From the NCBI GenBank assembly GCA_043228905.1, contig JBHGNT010000002.1, forward strand, positions 930,001 to 994,000: a stretch of 64,000 bases of DNA, read 5' to 3'. Under the pieces are notes generated by a model. It did not search any database. It had not been told where the DNA came from and worked only from the letters and a program-made list of their open reading frames with translations. Of this stretch, positions 1-14,778 are shown piece after piece. Source of the DNA: Azolla caroliniana (taxonomy: Eukaryota > Plantae > Polypodiophyta). A program made the position numbers and the translations under genes. Every line of letters starts with the position of its first letter. Position 1 is the stretch's first letter.

Positions 1-3000
1 TCAGCATGATGACTTTTGGAAGTTAATCACATTATCCGTGTCAAACTCACTCGGTATTTTGGAGGACACGATCTGTGAAGAATGGATTGGGACATCTTAT
101 CTGTATCAATGCCAAACTTTTGCCATGGAAATAATGGCATCAGAATTCTTTTTACAGAAATACAAAAAAGTTCAGCGACCAGTTCTTCAGCAAGGTTCAG
201 ATGACAATATAAAAGTGTCACAGACTGATTCTAGGATCAGAAAGAAGGGAAATGAGCTTACACTGCTTCAGTTAACAGAAGCAATTAATCCCACAAAACT
301 TAGGTTCTCAATCTGTGGATGCCGTTATGAGAAGAAGGTTGTCAAGGGAGCAAGAGTAAGCGTCTTATAATTCTTTCTATTTCTATTGTGAAAGTTTTAT
401 TTCTATGTCAATTTCTATTTATATGCTATCTATAGAAAAGAAGTTAATGTGCATAATAGTATCACCCTTTGATGCATGTGATTAATTTGTTTATTTGTGA
501 ATAGAATGTCTATCCAAATAAACATTCTCCACATGATCTGAAGATATCAGATTGTAAGTTTGTAGTCATTTCAACTGTTCAGTATTAACAGTAAATAACA
601 AATCCAGCTTTAATTCATATTATTTAATCAATGTACGTATTATGAAGCTCATGGATATCTTTTAGCATATATTTCAGGCAGAGATGCGGGCATTGATAGT
701 AAGCTTGTTGTTGAAGATTCTTACCAATGATGAACTTGGCCTTAGTGCTCCGCTCCTCAGATTTCTCCAACAGGCATTGAAAATGGTCATTTTCTCTTTG
801 AATTGTTTTATTTGTGGGTTTTTGTAAGTTTGGTATGAAGGTGGTCTTATCCACATCAATGGATATTCATCTATGTTGTTGGTTGACATTTATTTCTAGA
901 ATCAACTTTGCCATTGAGTTAGATTCTAAGAAAGACTATATCATTATAATTTGAACAGAACCTAGTTCCCAGGGCAGCTACCAAGTTTGGATATAATTAA
1001 TTTTGCTATTTTTTTCCTGACCTCCATGTAGCGTCTTTACATTTGAAGTGTGGTGGGAATGACATTCTGGAACCGTAACTTATCATGGCCACAATTTGAG
1101 ATCTTATACGTGAGAACTTTGATTGCAGGTTGTAGATCACACTGCCTTCCAAGGAATTTTGAGCAATTATTTATCTCATGGATATGGGTATGTTTCTTGA
1201 CTAAGGGAATTACACAACCAATTTCTTATTTTTGTGTTTCTTGATTAAAGAAATTAGGCAACTGATTTCTCTTTTTTTCAGATCTGGTAAAGAGCTACAA
1301 ATACTTGTAATGAATGACCTTTATTTTCATTTGCAAGGGGAGCTTGAGGCTGGTAGACATATTCCAGCTGGGGCATTTGAAGATCTGGTATCACTTCTTG
1401 ATACTATGGATATAGCTCCCTTTGTTTTCAATAGTAAAGAGAGACAGCATGAGAAGTTTCAACCTTTGGATGCTCGTTGTTTTCTCTATGATACTACACA
1501 ATTGAGGGAGCACTTGGGCCTTGAATGGTGGTCTCAAACACCCTTGCATATTGTGCAAACAGCAGAAAACACTCTTGATTTTCTGCAACAAGCAAACTCT
1601 ATGGCTTGTCTAGGAACATGTCAGGTCTTTACATTGGACGCTTTAAGCAGTGTGTTGTCTCTGTTTATTACTACTGAGGAAGAGGTAACCCTATTTCTAG
1701 CCTCTTTTTATGGACATTTGTATTTATGGATCATGATTTTGTTTGTTTATCGGACAGGTGGGGGTGGGGATAAAGGTTAAGTGGACTGCCAGTTTTATCA
1801 CAGAATTATGTAGTTGTATTTCTGAAACTATCAACCACTTAACTCCTGATAGTGATCCCACTCGATATGTTGAAAGCTTGATATCAGCACAATCACGCTT
1901 GCTTGATGTATTGATGAACTGGTTTGACATTTGCATGAAGGCCGAGTATGTAGAAGAAGAAGTAGAGAATATTTGTCCTAAGGTGATGAACACTTTTTTG
2001 GTAACAATGCGAACTATGAGGAATAGATACGTTTTTGCTGAATCTCCTGAAACGCAGCTGGTGAGAAGTGTCCTTGGTGCATGGCTTTCATGTCTAAACC
2101 TAATGCAAACAAAATTGCATGGGCTAACATTATGGGAGGTTGAAGCCAAGGAGTCTTTCCAAAAGAATGGTGTAGTTTCAGATGTTGAAATGTTGAGTAT
2201 GGAATTTTTACCAATGCTGTGCGCACTTATTGAGGACAAGCGTTGTATAAATATAACTATTGCAGCGATATGTGTTCTTATCAGAAATTTTGTTGCGCCA
2301 CAAATATGGCTTCAAGTATTTGAAACACATTCAACTATTCGATTTTCTTTAGGGCTGTTGCACACAGTAGATACAGATACTTCTTATGAAGTACTGAATT
2401 TCTTTTTGTGTCTTTGTCATTTTCGGAAAGGAACGGAGATGCTCCTGTCAGCTGGGTTCTTTTCTCATATCTTAAACTTTATGAAAAACCTCAAGGAAGA
2501 TGTTTCTGGCATTGGTGATATTAAGGAACCATTTCAAGTTCAGAAAACAAGGACAAGGAAGCGAGATTTGTGGTCTGTGTCTGCAGGAATTGTGTCTGCT
2601 ATTGTGAAAAATCTTGGGGATGATAATCGTAATACTGCAGTTGAGAATGCATTTGTGTTTTTTGAGACTTATAAGGAGTTTCTTATATCTGCACTGGAAT
2701 CGGTATACTTTTCGGACACAGATGGCATTAAAAGAGCAAAGTTTGGACACCGAGAAACAACAATTTCAGCGCTACAAGGAACACAACAGGCTATTCATCT
2801 ATTGGCAGCATTAGTGAGACATCGATCCCTATGGTGTAATGCAATGATTAGATCTAAATTAGATGTCAGACACAATTGTATCCACCTTCTTGCTTACATT
2901 GCTAGAGAAGGGCTTGTACGCAATCTTACAGGTGGTACAAGCACATTCTTACACTGTATCCCTTCGGGTAAACTAGAAGTTACTGCTCAAACAAAGGATT

Positions 3001-3937
3001 CTTTGATTGGCTCTACATCGGGCTGGTTTATGCTTGCTGCCAAAGCTGTTTCTTCAACTACCAAAAGCATTAGTCTTGGTTTAGAATGTCAGGGTTTGTT
3101 GACTACCAGATCTTCAATGGTATCAACAGAGTTTTCCGATTCTATAGCGCTACAAGTATATAAAATAGCTCTTTTACTGCTACAATTTCTGCTGAAAGAG
3201 GCACAGTATGCAGTGGCTGTGATTGATGAAGGAAACACATATAGTTCCAGAGTAATTCCAGAATTCCCAGCCCCAGAAATTCTCTATGGTTTGCAGGTAC
3301 TCTCATTACCACATATTTAAAGTTTACTACATCCTTTGTTAGTCACTGAGCATCTGGAAACCTAGTGACACGGAAATTAATTAAGATAAATTCGAAATAT
3401 GAACTCATCAATCTTGTTAAGATTACATTTGCTGCTTTTCAGGATCAAGCTATATCTGTAATTACAGATATTTGTTCTAGAAACGAAACAGAAAGAGGTC
3501 AATCTGAAAGACATCGAGCATGTACTCTGATGATAAATATATTGGACAGGGCATTGTTTCTTGAGATCTGTGTTTCGCGCATTTGTGCAATGGGACCATC
3601 ATCGGCAAGGTCGGATGATTTCATGAGAGAATTCAAGAGATTACTTGATGGTAAGAGCAGTAGAATGCTATTGTTAAGTAGTTTGTTCATGCTCAAAAAC
3701 TTCTGTTACATGTATGCATCAAGTATCATCTATATCACTTGGAACTGTGCATTGAAATATATATGGGATGTCTCTAGAATCGCATCAAGAATGTTTGGGT
3801 ATTTCTGTTCATGCATTCAACAATTTTTCTACATCATTTATTTTGTGTTTGCAGTTGTTGAAGGAAAAGAAATTTTCACTGCACGTATAAAGACAATGAA
3901 AGGTATTGCAGTATTGGCGTATCCAGGACTGAGTTGA
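1..3937 (+). CDS. NUP188: Nucleoporin NUP188-like gene, 3' part (multi-exon, 5' end outside window)
   Basis: Spliceable exons at about 1-354, 678-773, 1129-1187, 1282-1685, 1758-3296, 3443-3650 and 3854-3937, mostly with GT-AG borders. Peptides ELQILVMNDLYFHLQGEL, PEFPAPEILYGLQ|DQA, LFLEICVSRIC and AVLAYPGLS* resemble the C-terminus of plant Nup188 as I recall it. Confidence 0.8.
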
Positions 3938-3938
3938 C

Positions 3939-4187
3939 ATTGAAATGCCTACGTTAGCTAGCTCTGATTTACGTGTTTTACTGGCTAATCCAGTAAGGCG
4001 TAAGTTGTAAAATATTTCTTGTAATATTTTGATAGTTCAGATATTAATTTAGTGAATTTTTCATTGCACATATAAAGACACTGAAAGTTATTGCACTGAC
4101 TTTATATTGAAATGCCTACATTATCTCTGATTTACATGTTTTACTCGTGGATTTGGTAAAGTATTGAGTTGTAAAATATTTCTTGTC
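3939..4187 (+). repeat. Degenerate direct duplication (~80 bp core) in NUP188 3' UTR
   Basis: attgaaatgcctac...tctgatttac.tgttttact...agttgtaaaatatttcttgt occurs at ~3939-4022 and ~4106-4187. Confidence 0.6.
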
Positions 4188-5541
4188 ATATGGACAGTTC
4201 TTATAATTTGGTGTCCTGGAAAATCTCCTCGTGTATATTCTTGGCAATTCAAACGTAGTTCCATTTTGCTATGTTCCATTTTGAGCAAGATGGAATGGGA
4301 ATTGGCAATTCAAAAGTTGTTCCATTTCGTATATTGTTATTACAAGGTCTTAATTATAGTATCCTTCTGCCAATGTATATGATATATGTAAAATATCCAT
4401 GTTTTTTCAATTTTTTCGTCTACTTTTCATGGTTTCAAGAAATTGTATCGAAGAACAAATAAAACATGCCAGTCTTATGTTTTGCCATACAAGAAACAAA
4501 TTGCCATATTACATCGCTCAGCAGCAAATTATGTTTCTTCATGCTTGAACCAAATGTATTGCTGTGTTTTTTGCTACTGTTCGTTCATCAGCCCTCTTCA
4601 TGTAAGGAACATTGCTTGAATGTTTCTATGCTCCTGAATTGTAACTTTCTTTAGCTCATAAGGCTATAGCAATACCATGTAATTTCATTCATGAAGGTGT
4701 CCAGCAAATGTTTGATTATATTTCAAGTTTCACATCGTACCATTTAAATTTGGGTAATCAGTCATTGTGATCTTTCAATTTTGCTTTTGACTTGACCATT
4801 TTGCTGCGAAAGTCTTTACTATTGCAATCTTTACTAATACAAATCAACAATAAAGAAGTTAACTTCCTAAAAAGCAATTTATAAAACAAAAAGGCTATAC
4901 AAGTTGATTCTCCCAAAATAAAAACATTACGTCCTCATCTCCCAAAACATTACAGATTGAGGACCTAGCTTATCATACAAGATTTTACTACTACAATTTA
5001 ATATGACAATTATATGTAATGTCTTATCCAGCTGGCTTAACTGGTTTCCCGTTGATACATCAAATAACATGGAAATGCAACTACACTAAAATAGGCTTCC
5101 ATTGCCTCATAAAATAAGCTATACATCCAATTGTTTGTAATGCTAAGGTAGCGTTTTCCCATACGTTAATGGTAAGAAAATATCAGCTTTGCATTCTAAA
5201 TGAGGTCACAGCTTCTTGTACGTGTTAAGACATTGAAACCGAACCTGGCCAAAAACAATAGTATGAGCTGATGCAGCACATAAAATGAACATTGACAACA
5301 ATTTCATAGTAAAGAAAATGAAACCAGACAGCACCAGCACAACATTGCTTATATGCACAATAGCTGCATGTATGAAAATGGTGAAGCATATGCCATATAA
5401 CCTTTCAAAATATGAGAAAGCTGGGCCCGAGCCGTTGCAGTGCTCTAATGTAAGCCAAACCTAATAAACAAAACAGTTATGCCATCTCAAGAAGTTGTCA
5501 TATGCTACACGAGGACTAAGTCTGGCATTGGGTGAGAATAT

Positions 5542-8500
5542 CTATGAATTTTTCCGAGGACGTCCCCGTCCTCTCGTAGTGCCTTTCTTTTCAGTGGGTT
5601 TTGCCCCACCTTTCTTTGCATTACTAACTGATCCTCTTCCAAGGCCACGACCATGTCCTCGACCACGGGAGCCTTTTCCTCCTGTACGTGATGGTTGTTC
5701 TTCACTACCATCACTTGCATCACTATCAGCATCATCATCCTCCACTGCATCATCATCATTATCACTATCACCATCATCACTATCGTCAGTTTTCTTTATA
5801 TCTTTCTTCGTGGGTCTTCCTCGAGGCTTTTTTTTAGCAGGGGCTTCTGATGCTTTCTTGGGCCGCCCTCTGCGTTTCTTTTCACCATTTTCTGCACCCT
5901 TCTCCAGAGCATCACCATCTGAATCTTCTGCTGCTCCTTTCTGCATTAGACTGTTTTTAACTGCAAAGCATTCAAGCAGTGTCATAGGGATCTATTGAGA
6001 AGAACAATTTTCATAATGGTTAAATTGAGATGTGTTCAACAAAACTAGGGCATACCTTCAGGGAGCGGATTACCTTCAAAGACCTCAAGCTGTCAAAAGT
6101 CAGATCATAATTAGTCTAAGTCAATTCAAACTTCATGTTTTTCAGCAATAAACAGATAAAACCTTTTCAATTTGATCCTCGAATCCTTCTGTTTTCACGA
6201 CAATCAGTGAATGCCCAACCCCACAAGCAACACTAGCCACACAAACAGGAAGGTATTAAATATCAATTTCCGCCCACAACACTTGACTCAAAATACCCTC
6301 GCAAACATTTTTCAATAGCATTGATTAAATGTATCTTCTAGATGTAAATATGTACCTGAAAACATTCATGCCCTCTAAAGTGTCTACTTTCTTAGGATTA
6401 GCTGATGACCTGCCAAAAAACAGAAGAAGAAAATGTTGGCCAGAGCTCAAGTCTACTGGAATCAACATACGTGCAAGAAGGGTATAAGATCATATACTTT
6501 GGACCAGTGGGGCCGTAGCCAAGTTCACCATATAAGGCTTGTCCCCAACTTATGCAGGATGTCTCAGCACCAACAAATGTAGTCTTCTCGCCACAATCAA
6601 TACAATGAAGAGCCCACCCACTGTTTTCATGTGGGATACAAAGAAAAACCAGAATAATGAGAACAAAATATAGTTATTGACTATCAAGGAACAATTAACA
6701 TGAGAATATTCTCTGTGCTCACCTCATGTCATAAACAGGTTTAGGATACATCCAACTGTCTCCAGTTGTCTTCACCCTTCCCCACATGTATAGCTGCCCG
6801 CCTACACCCGTACATGCTGAATATGCAGAGCCAGCTGCAATAATTGCTGTGGGCGGTAACACATTTTGCCGCTGAAAATGCTCTATCGCACGTGGACTAA
6901 ACTCATCTTTCTGCTCTTTGTGGCCAAGCCTATAAGCCAATTTATACATCAAAATGAAATCAGAATATTCTTCTGTGTTCAGTAATTTACTTCCTTTCAT
7001 TGTAAAAAATCATTGCACAAAATCCTTCTTTCCACCTTCCAAAGCCTCCAAATCCCCACCTGTTGCCGGATTAACATGGGAAATACTAACATTAGGCTCC
7101 AATCCAAAAAGAAGGACAGGAAATCATAGAGCAAGAAGCTTAATGAAGGAGCATACGTGTAAACGAAGCCATTTGAATCAACAGCAACTGCAATATGTCA
7201 ACACAAATAATGCAATATGTCATTGGAAAGGACACAATATCTTAAGGACTTCTAGTAAAGTATCAGCCAGAAAGATACCAACCAGAGTGATTGTTTCCAC
7301 ATGCAACTTTGACAATAGTTTTTTCTGTAAGCGTTGCTATGGCTTTTGGTCGAGGCTGAGGCTCAAATACAATTTTCACAGAGCTATCCCTAGCATTGTA
7401 CTGGCAAGAATATTCAACATTATATTGAAATTTAGAACCAAGAAATTTCCTATATATGTCTATAAATAACCAATTCTGTAGTTAGTTTGAATGTGTTCTC
7501 ATGAAACGTGGTATAGAGACACCACAAATAAACAGCATAAATGCAACATTCCTTCACACTAATGATGAAAGGGGGTTGCTAGCATGGCCTTTATACCTAT
7601 AGAGGTTGGTTCCGCAACTTATCAGTCAGGCTACACGATAAAGTGCCATATTTTCCTGAGTACATAGCCCCCCCAGTTTCAAGTCTAAATCATTTATTTT
7701 TATATCAAGCAATTATTCACTCTTGTAGAGCTCCTAGAAAACATTTACCTCATTGTAGTTCGAATACATGAAGTTTAATTGAAACTCCGTTATGTTGCCC
7801 ATGCTTGACTTGTTTCATTGAAAGCTTAGAGCTTCAATTATTGTATACTTTAAACATTATGATTTTTTGGTGCTCGTAAATTTATATAATATGAAGCACA
7901 ACAACTGCATATAAAGACATAAATATACAAGGTTGAAAAGAATGAAACAGCAAACTGATGATGGTGAAGACTTCAAAAGTATAACATGAGAGTGGTCAAG
8001 AACTACAGTCAAAACTCCTATGAGCATTATTCTGAAAATATTAGCTAACATTCACCTGATTATCCGATCCATGGCCAAGTTGTCCATATTGAGGCAAGCC
8101 TGCACTTCTGCATTCAATATTACATTCAGTTTTCTTTAAATATTACCTATCTTCTTGACGAGAAATCACCAAATTCACAATGCACCGTACAAGATAGTTG
8201 CTCCTGGAATGGATGAAAGCCAAACAGTGAAATCTGAACCACATGCAACATGAGTTGCCTTGGTAACTGAACACTTCACTGGTAAGCTTTCTGCCTCTGT
8301 TATTGAACACTAGACTTCAATATCAGGACTATCGTCTATACTTAATCAGAGTTTAGGTTTAGAAAAGACCAAGATTGTACCGTTTTTTAAAGATCCAGAT
8401 CCAAGCTGTCCATGTTTGTTGCATCCAAAAGCTAAAGAATCACCCTCATCGGTTATTATTACAGAATGGTTCTTCCCAGCTCCTGCTTTTACAACTTTAT

Positions 8501-9932
8501 ACCTGCGTTAAACCACAATAAGAATTCCCATGGGACCACTAAACTCATTAATATACATATGCTAACAAACATTTACTCACTTCGCCAGAGACGCAACTAT
8601 CATTGGTAAGTCCCTCGTTCCAAAATCACCATGTCCTAATTGCCCCTTCTGCTAATTTAGACTGCATGAGTCATTATTTCCTAGTTTTCCACTCTAGAAA
8701 TGCCAGTATAAGCAACACGTTACCTCATTCCTTCCCCATGTAAAGCATCGGCCATCCACATCCAAAGCAATACAGTGACAAGACGCTGCAATTTAGCAAA
8801 CTTCCATTAAAATTTCTAACATGCCAAGAGGCAAAGATATGCTCTAAAAAGTTCAAGCATTTGAAGAAACAAATGGTTTAAGGTCATTTTCTCTATAAAA
8901 ATGAGACATTTACCTTCGGACTTGATGCTACTGTATACCATGCAAACCGACTGTCTAATGGAAAATTTTTATAAATACATCAACTAAAGAAAAAGTGAAA
9001 TATTTGGGAGACTCGCCACTTGTCTTGACCCTCACGTATGTATCATATCATTTTCACTGAATTTGTTCAAATTTTTTTACCCTTGTGAACTGTTTCTCTT
9101 TACTGATTTACCTAGTAGCATCAATTTCAGTTTGTATATGAAGGATAAAGTTGTAATAAATATGACCTTCAAGAAACATACACAACAATTTGAGCTGTAA
9201 GCTACTAACTCGCCACTATTGTTTTTTTTTAAGGACAATCCTGCCATTCAATCACGCACCACAATTTGGGAGCAGTATTCCAAACATCAACAAAATTTAT
9301 TTTCACAAACACGCATATATATATACATATGCATACATTTTTTCAGGGGACGAGGGAACTTCTTAAACAAAATGAAAGATAAGCTTTAGTTATAGCGTTA
9401 CTTGTAAGAGAGTTCTTAAACGTTATTGTTTTTCATATTGATGAATACATAGTTCATGTGACCATCAGGAATGCGATTGCAAGGAAGTAAGAGCCAAACC
9501 CTAACCCTAACATTAAAACCAGGCTGATCCCTAAAACCTAGCCCTAAGTTTTAAAGTTAAAACCAAGCTTTAAATACAACCGTAGCCCCCAAAACCAAAA
9601 TTCCGGACAAACCCCTATACAACCTAACTTCAAAGCCCTAAATAACCTAAACGTCGAAGACTGCGTTTGTGTGCAGGAAAAAGTGAACGAGAAGAAGACG
9701 AACATATATACATGCTTTAATCAGATAATTAGAGGGAAATGTCGGATAGCTGACCTGATCCAGAAGCTACGAAGGTAATCGGGACACCGACGAGGGGACG
9801 GAGGCGAGCAGGAGAGGGCAGCAATGCAAATCCCTCCAGAGACCTGCTTCGCCCGACCGAATCCCAACCTGTGCTCCCACACATGAGGACCTCACCCCAC
9901 TCCTTCTTCTCTTCTTCTTCTTCGCAAGCCAT
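5542..9932 (-). CDS. RCC1-repeat protein, RCC2-like, with acidic tract and AT-hook-like GRP motifs in the C-terminal tail
   Basis: Many short GT-AG exons give GEVLMCGSTGWD, HCIALDVDGRCFTWGRNE|KGQLGHG, SAGLPQYGQLGHGSDNQ, IVKVACGNNHS|VAVDSNGFVYT|WGFGGFG|RLGHKEQKDE and GQLYMWG. The last exon encodes KRRGRPKK, KPRGRPTK and RGRGRPRK. Confidence 0.88.
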
Positions 9933-10370
9933 GGCTGAAGAGACAAGCAGCTCCTTTACTTACACCGCACTGCTTACGTCTCCTTGTCCCTTGCCTGTGT
10001 CTTCTCGTCGACCTTGGAGCCGTTGCTCGTTCCTGCAGGTCTGTTTTTGCAGGCGATGGAGGGAGAGAGCTGCTATTTAAAACTTAGTTAGGGTTTTGAA
10101 ATATTAACGAGAAACGAGATCTGATAATATACATACATAACAGACACGCAAATGAAAAGCTTTTATTTGCTTTTTGCTGTTTTAAAACAAATCAATACAA
10201 CAGCAACACACTCACTCACAAGCAAGCAAGCAAACAAACAAACAAACACACGCTACACAAAAATAGACCAAAAAAAAAGGCGCGCAATAAGAAGAAGAAG
10301 AAGAGGTCAATTAACTTAAAAGGAAAATGATGTTATTATTATACATATATGTGCGTATGCATACATACAT

Positions 10371-10510
10371 ATATGTATATGTGATAGGGTTTTTCTTTCC
10401 TCGAGTAACTTTGGTGGCAACCGAAGCCTCCGATCGTATATATATGTATATGTATATATATGATACGGTTTTTATTTCCTAAGTACTTTGGTGGCAACCA
10501 CAACCTCCGA
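10371..10510. repeat. Short tandem duplication upstream of the RCC2-like gene
   Basis: Two copies of tatatgtatat..gata.ggttttt..ttcct..gta.ctttggtggcaacc...cctccga. Confidence 0.55.
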
Positions 10511-12104
10511 ATCTGAAAATCTGATCCTTATGGGGTTTGGATCGGCATTGACAATTTGACCATGAGAGAGAGAGAGAGAGAGAGAAGCTCTTCTATGAAG
10601 GTGGTAGGAAAGACACCCCCCCTCCCCCCATGCACCTGCTAGAAACTCCTTTCGTAGTTCATATGCAAATAATAATGTCCTGGCTGGATCGATTGATAAC
10701 TTTATCAACGAAGGACGACTTTCATCATTGTTGGAGCAAATAGAATGGATATCAAAACACGTTACGAACCGATTTATGTATGGCCCTTTCATGTTAGAAT
10801 AAAAATTATTCAATCGATCTTGTTTCCTATGTTATCATACGTTCACCGATTTCACCATAGATGGAATCAACAATTGTAACTTCACACCCTATTATATTAG
10901 TTTTAGCAGAACAACCCCCTCATTCTTTGCTAGCTACGTCATGTCTACCTAGCTAACATCCAACTTCAAAGAGTTATTCACAACCACAACCACTTAAATG
11001 CAAATATATATATGCCCTCCCCCTCTACATCCAACGCCTCCGCCTCCATCATTGTCCACACGTGACGCCACCCTCTAGATCATCCACTCGACCCATCACA
11101 CTTTGTCCTCCTCCGTCTCCATCAAATGACCACATCCTCCCACTACATTGCACCCTTGGTGTTGTGCATTCATTAGTTTGGGGGAATGTTAAGCATTTGT
11201 CACCTGAGACATGAGTGGTGAAAACTACGACACCAACAAAGTGCATGAAGGCTCAAGAAGACAACAGGAAAAAGGGGATAATGTAAATCTCAGTAGGAAG
11301 CTTTTAGCCAACAGGCAATAACCTAACTTGAAAGGAACCCAACCCCATTGTAAAAAGTTACATAGTCACCCTTTAGTAACCATTGTAGCTCTTCTCCATT
11401 TCTCCTGTGACTTAGTGTAATAGAGATCTCACTCACTCCCCTTAACCTTCCATTGGAGCTTAAGGGTAATTAGGGTTAATGAGCTATCACTAGTCGATCT
11501 TAATCACTTAACTATTGTATGCATACTAAAACATCTTTGATAATAAGTAGCGTTAAGTTATTTAACCTTCTTTTGTGACTATTTTCATTATCTTCTATTT
11601 ATTAATAAGGTTAGTTAAGCTAGTCGCTCAAGGGTGACCTACAACTATACACCAATCTCGAATCCTTGGCCCACTGATATTGAGGACATAAATGTCTCAA
11701 TCGATCTATAGGCATGACATGATGTTGAGCACTCATAAACTGCACAAAATTACCACAAAAAAAAACCTTTTAATTTCACAACATATTTTCTTATGCCAAC
11801 TTGTGAATCAAAAGTGAAGGTATATTCTACATACATCCAACCATGATGCAATGAACAATGTTAGAGAAGTCATGAAATCTTAACCATGAAGAGAGCCAAT
11901 TATGCAAGGTGACATGTCATCATATTCGTAATCCGAATGGGTGTGTAGAGTGGGATTGAGTTTGTAGTATTTGGATCCCTAGAGTTATGAAGTTTGTAAT
12001 AAGTTTGTCATGGTGATGTTTTCTTTTGTAATGAAAGACATTATTTATGAAAAATGAAGAGATATATATATATATAATGTCCATGGGAGACCAATTTGTG
12101 AACT

Positions 12105-14235
12105 ATTAGAATTAGAATTAGAATTTTTATCGTCCATAAAGAGGCCAATTTTGACCTATGGAACCAGAGTATACATGTGTTCTTGATATATGTCTCCTTC
12201 CTAAGAAGGGGTATTCATAGGTTGAAGCACAAAGTCTCTATGTGCTAATAAAAGCATACACATATGAGCTCAACCTTCTAGGTGGTGTCTTAAGTATGGA
12301 TCTTAAGTTATCACTCCGTCTTAGTATGTCAAGATATCTTGAATGAATTGCACTATATGTCGAGCATGTGAAGAGCAAGTGACATTCATCCTCTACCATG
12401 CCTTCATTGCATACTTTACATGTCTTCAAATTCGTTACATTTTGATACCATGATGCAACTTCAATACCTAACTTGTGAGATCGAGTGCGAAGTAGTGTAA
12501 GGGCTCTACGAGCATTGCTACTCATATTGGTAATGAGATAAGGTTGGATACGATCAATAGACATTCTTGCTTTATATTGAGACCAACATTCAGGGTTGAC
12601 ATTCGCAATGTAGTATTCTAGCTTTGTCCTCTTAGCATCCTCCCACTTCATCCTTAATGATTCCACCAACCTTTCCTCAATCATTACATATTGCATAGCA
12701 TTGCCTGAAAGCTCTAAAAGATCATCCACACCCCATCTTCTAAACCATTTCTTTATGTCAACAACCCAACCAGATGAGAGAATCTTACTTTTATGATTCT
12801 TTCGTAGCTTACATCCAACATCCCAAGAAAGATGTGGTAATTGATGATTCGGCATATTCTTGACTTTTGTAATGTATTTACATACTCTTTGGAGTGCCAA
12901 TAGTTCTATGGGTCGAACACCCGTTTCCAAGAGCATAACCTTGTAAGAGGTAGTGCATTTAACTCCTAATTGCCTCCTTAAAAACATCTTTTGAATTTTC
13001 TCAATCTCGTTCCATGCATTAAGAGAGATGGTGTCACCCCATACTTCTACTCCATAAAGCAATACTTGAGTTACCATGGCATTGAACAACATTAATTTTA
13101 CTTCCCATCCACAAGTATCACTTTGGTTGCATTGGTTCTCCAAAAGGTAATATGCTTTCCAACCGGCTTGAAGTCTAGAATCAAAGCATGCACTCCATTT
13201 ATTTGCGGCGGGTACATCAATACCAAGATATTTAAAGCTTTGAACAATTTGTATATGTTCACCTTTGTATGTGAGCATAGGGTAATGATGAGGTTGGATG
13301 GTTTGCACTACCATCATTTTTGTTTTCTCCACATTCACTGCTAGTCCACTAATATGGCAAAATTCTTCTAATACCCCAAGTAAATGTTGCATACCAACAA
13401 CATCATATGAGAAGAGTACCACATCATCTGCATATAAAAGCAATAAGATAACATGTTGCATCAAATTGGGGCCATTCAATCCTTCTTCTCTTGCAACCTT
13501 ATTCACCACTTCTTCTAATTTATCAATACATAAGCCAAAGAGTGTGGGTGATAGTGGACATCCTTGCTTGACCCCCGTGTTACTTAAAAAGCTCTTTGAG
13601 AATCCACTATCCATTTTTAGTTGGCATTTAACTTGTTCATATAGGCGTGCAACCGCAACTCGATACTCTAATGGCATGTCAATGTCTACCATTCGATTCC
13701 AAAGCTCACTTCGTGGTACGGTATCAAAAGCTTTCTTGAAATCAACAAAACAACAATAAAGTGTTTTTCCTTGTAGTCAACTCTCTTCCATGATTACTCT
13801 TAATGTGACCAAACGATCCATGGTGGAGTGTTTTGGTCTAAATCCGGCTTGCCCAAGTGCTCTTTTGCTTGTACTCTTAGCCCATGTGCTTATCTTTTGC
13901 TCCATAATAGTACTATGTAATTTAGCAATAGTTGAGCTCACCATTATTGTACGATAATTTGCTACTTGATTCTTATCGCCGCCTTTAAATATTGGTTTAA
14001 TCCAATTCATAAGCCAATCATTTGGAAATCCTTGTTTTATAGCTTGCTCTAAAATTGTCATTATCCAATGACGAGTGTGTGGCATTGTCCATTTTAAAAG
14101 CTCACTTGAGACGTAGTTTGAATCTGTTGCTTTCCCACTTGCCATCTTCTTTATTCCCTTATTGACATCATCAATATCGATACATGTAGTGCATGGAGTT
14201 TCAATTTTCTCAACCATAGGAGCCACACCTTCATA
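12105..14235 (-). mobile_element. 5'-truncated non-LTR retrotransposon (RTE/RTEX-like LINE), RT with one in-frame stop
   Basis: RT motifs QAGFR, KQGCPLSPTLF, YADD and FKYLG. C-terminal CKVC..EDECHLLFTC zinc knuckle. 3' tail is a (TTCTAA)n microsatellite at ~12105-12125. A stop at 13777 splits the ORF. Confidence 0.85.
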
Positions 14236-14778
14236 TGAGAGAGAGAGAGAGAGAGAGATTCATTACCATGTTTATCTATTGAAGATTAACTTAGAAGGTT
14301 TGGAATTTCACCTCTCACCAATGCAACAATTAGTACATGTCATGGCAAGACTCGAACCCATGACTTTATGCTACATGGGTCGAGCTCTTACCATTAGATT
14401 ATGAATTGTATTTTGTAGGATATTATTTTCATTTATACTTTATCATAGAAAATTGATGTATATTCCAGATCTCTCTGGAACATTCTAGAAGCTTCAGGAT
14501 TATTCCTAAAAACACTATAAAAGGAGGCACAAGGCATTGTTTTGAACCAAATTGGTTCAACGCCAGTCTTAAGCCTCTTAGCCGCTTGTACTTATCTTTT
14601 CACATAACATATAGTTGCTGTCATCATCTCTCTCTCTCTCTCATTCTCGCTATCTCTCTCTCTCTCCTCTTCTCACTTCCTCTCTCGGGAATCTTACGCA
14701 GTCCCGTCCTCTTAGTACTAATAGTACTGCTGTTCTTAGTACTAATTCCATCTCTGTTTTAGTACTATTCCTGACAGT

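Noticed and set aside
774-1128. Possible GC-AG intron in NUP188
   Set aside because: Phase fits CAG|GC at 774, but the donor context is weak and alternatives cannot be excluded without cDNA.
5495-5998. 167-aa plus-strand ORF
   Set aside because: Antisense shadow of the low-complexity RCC2-like last exon.
9497-9650. Telomere-like AAACCCTA motifs
   Set aside because: Short and degenerate; ordinary telo-box-like sequence in a first intron.
14338-14403. A functional tRNA gene
   Set aside because: Acceptor, anticodon and T stems do not pair; only the A/B boxes and spacing are tRNA-like.
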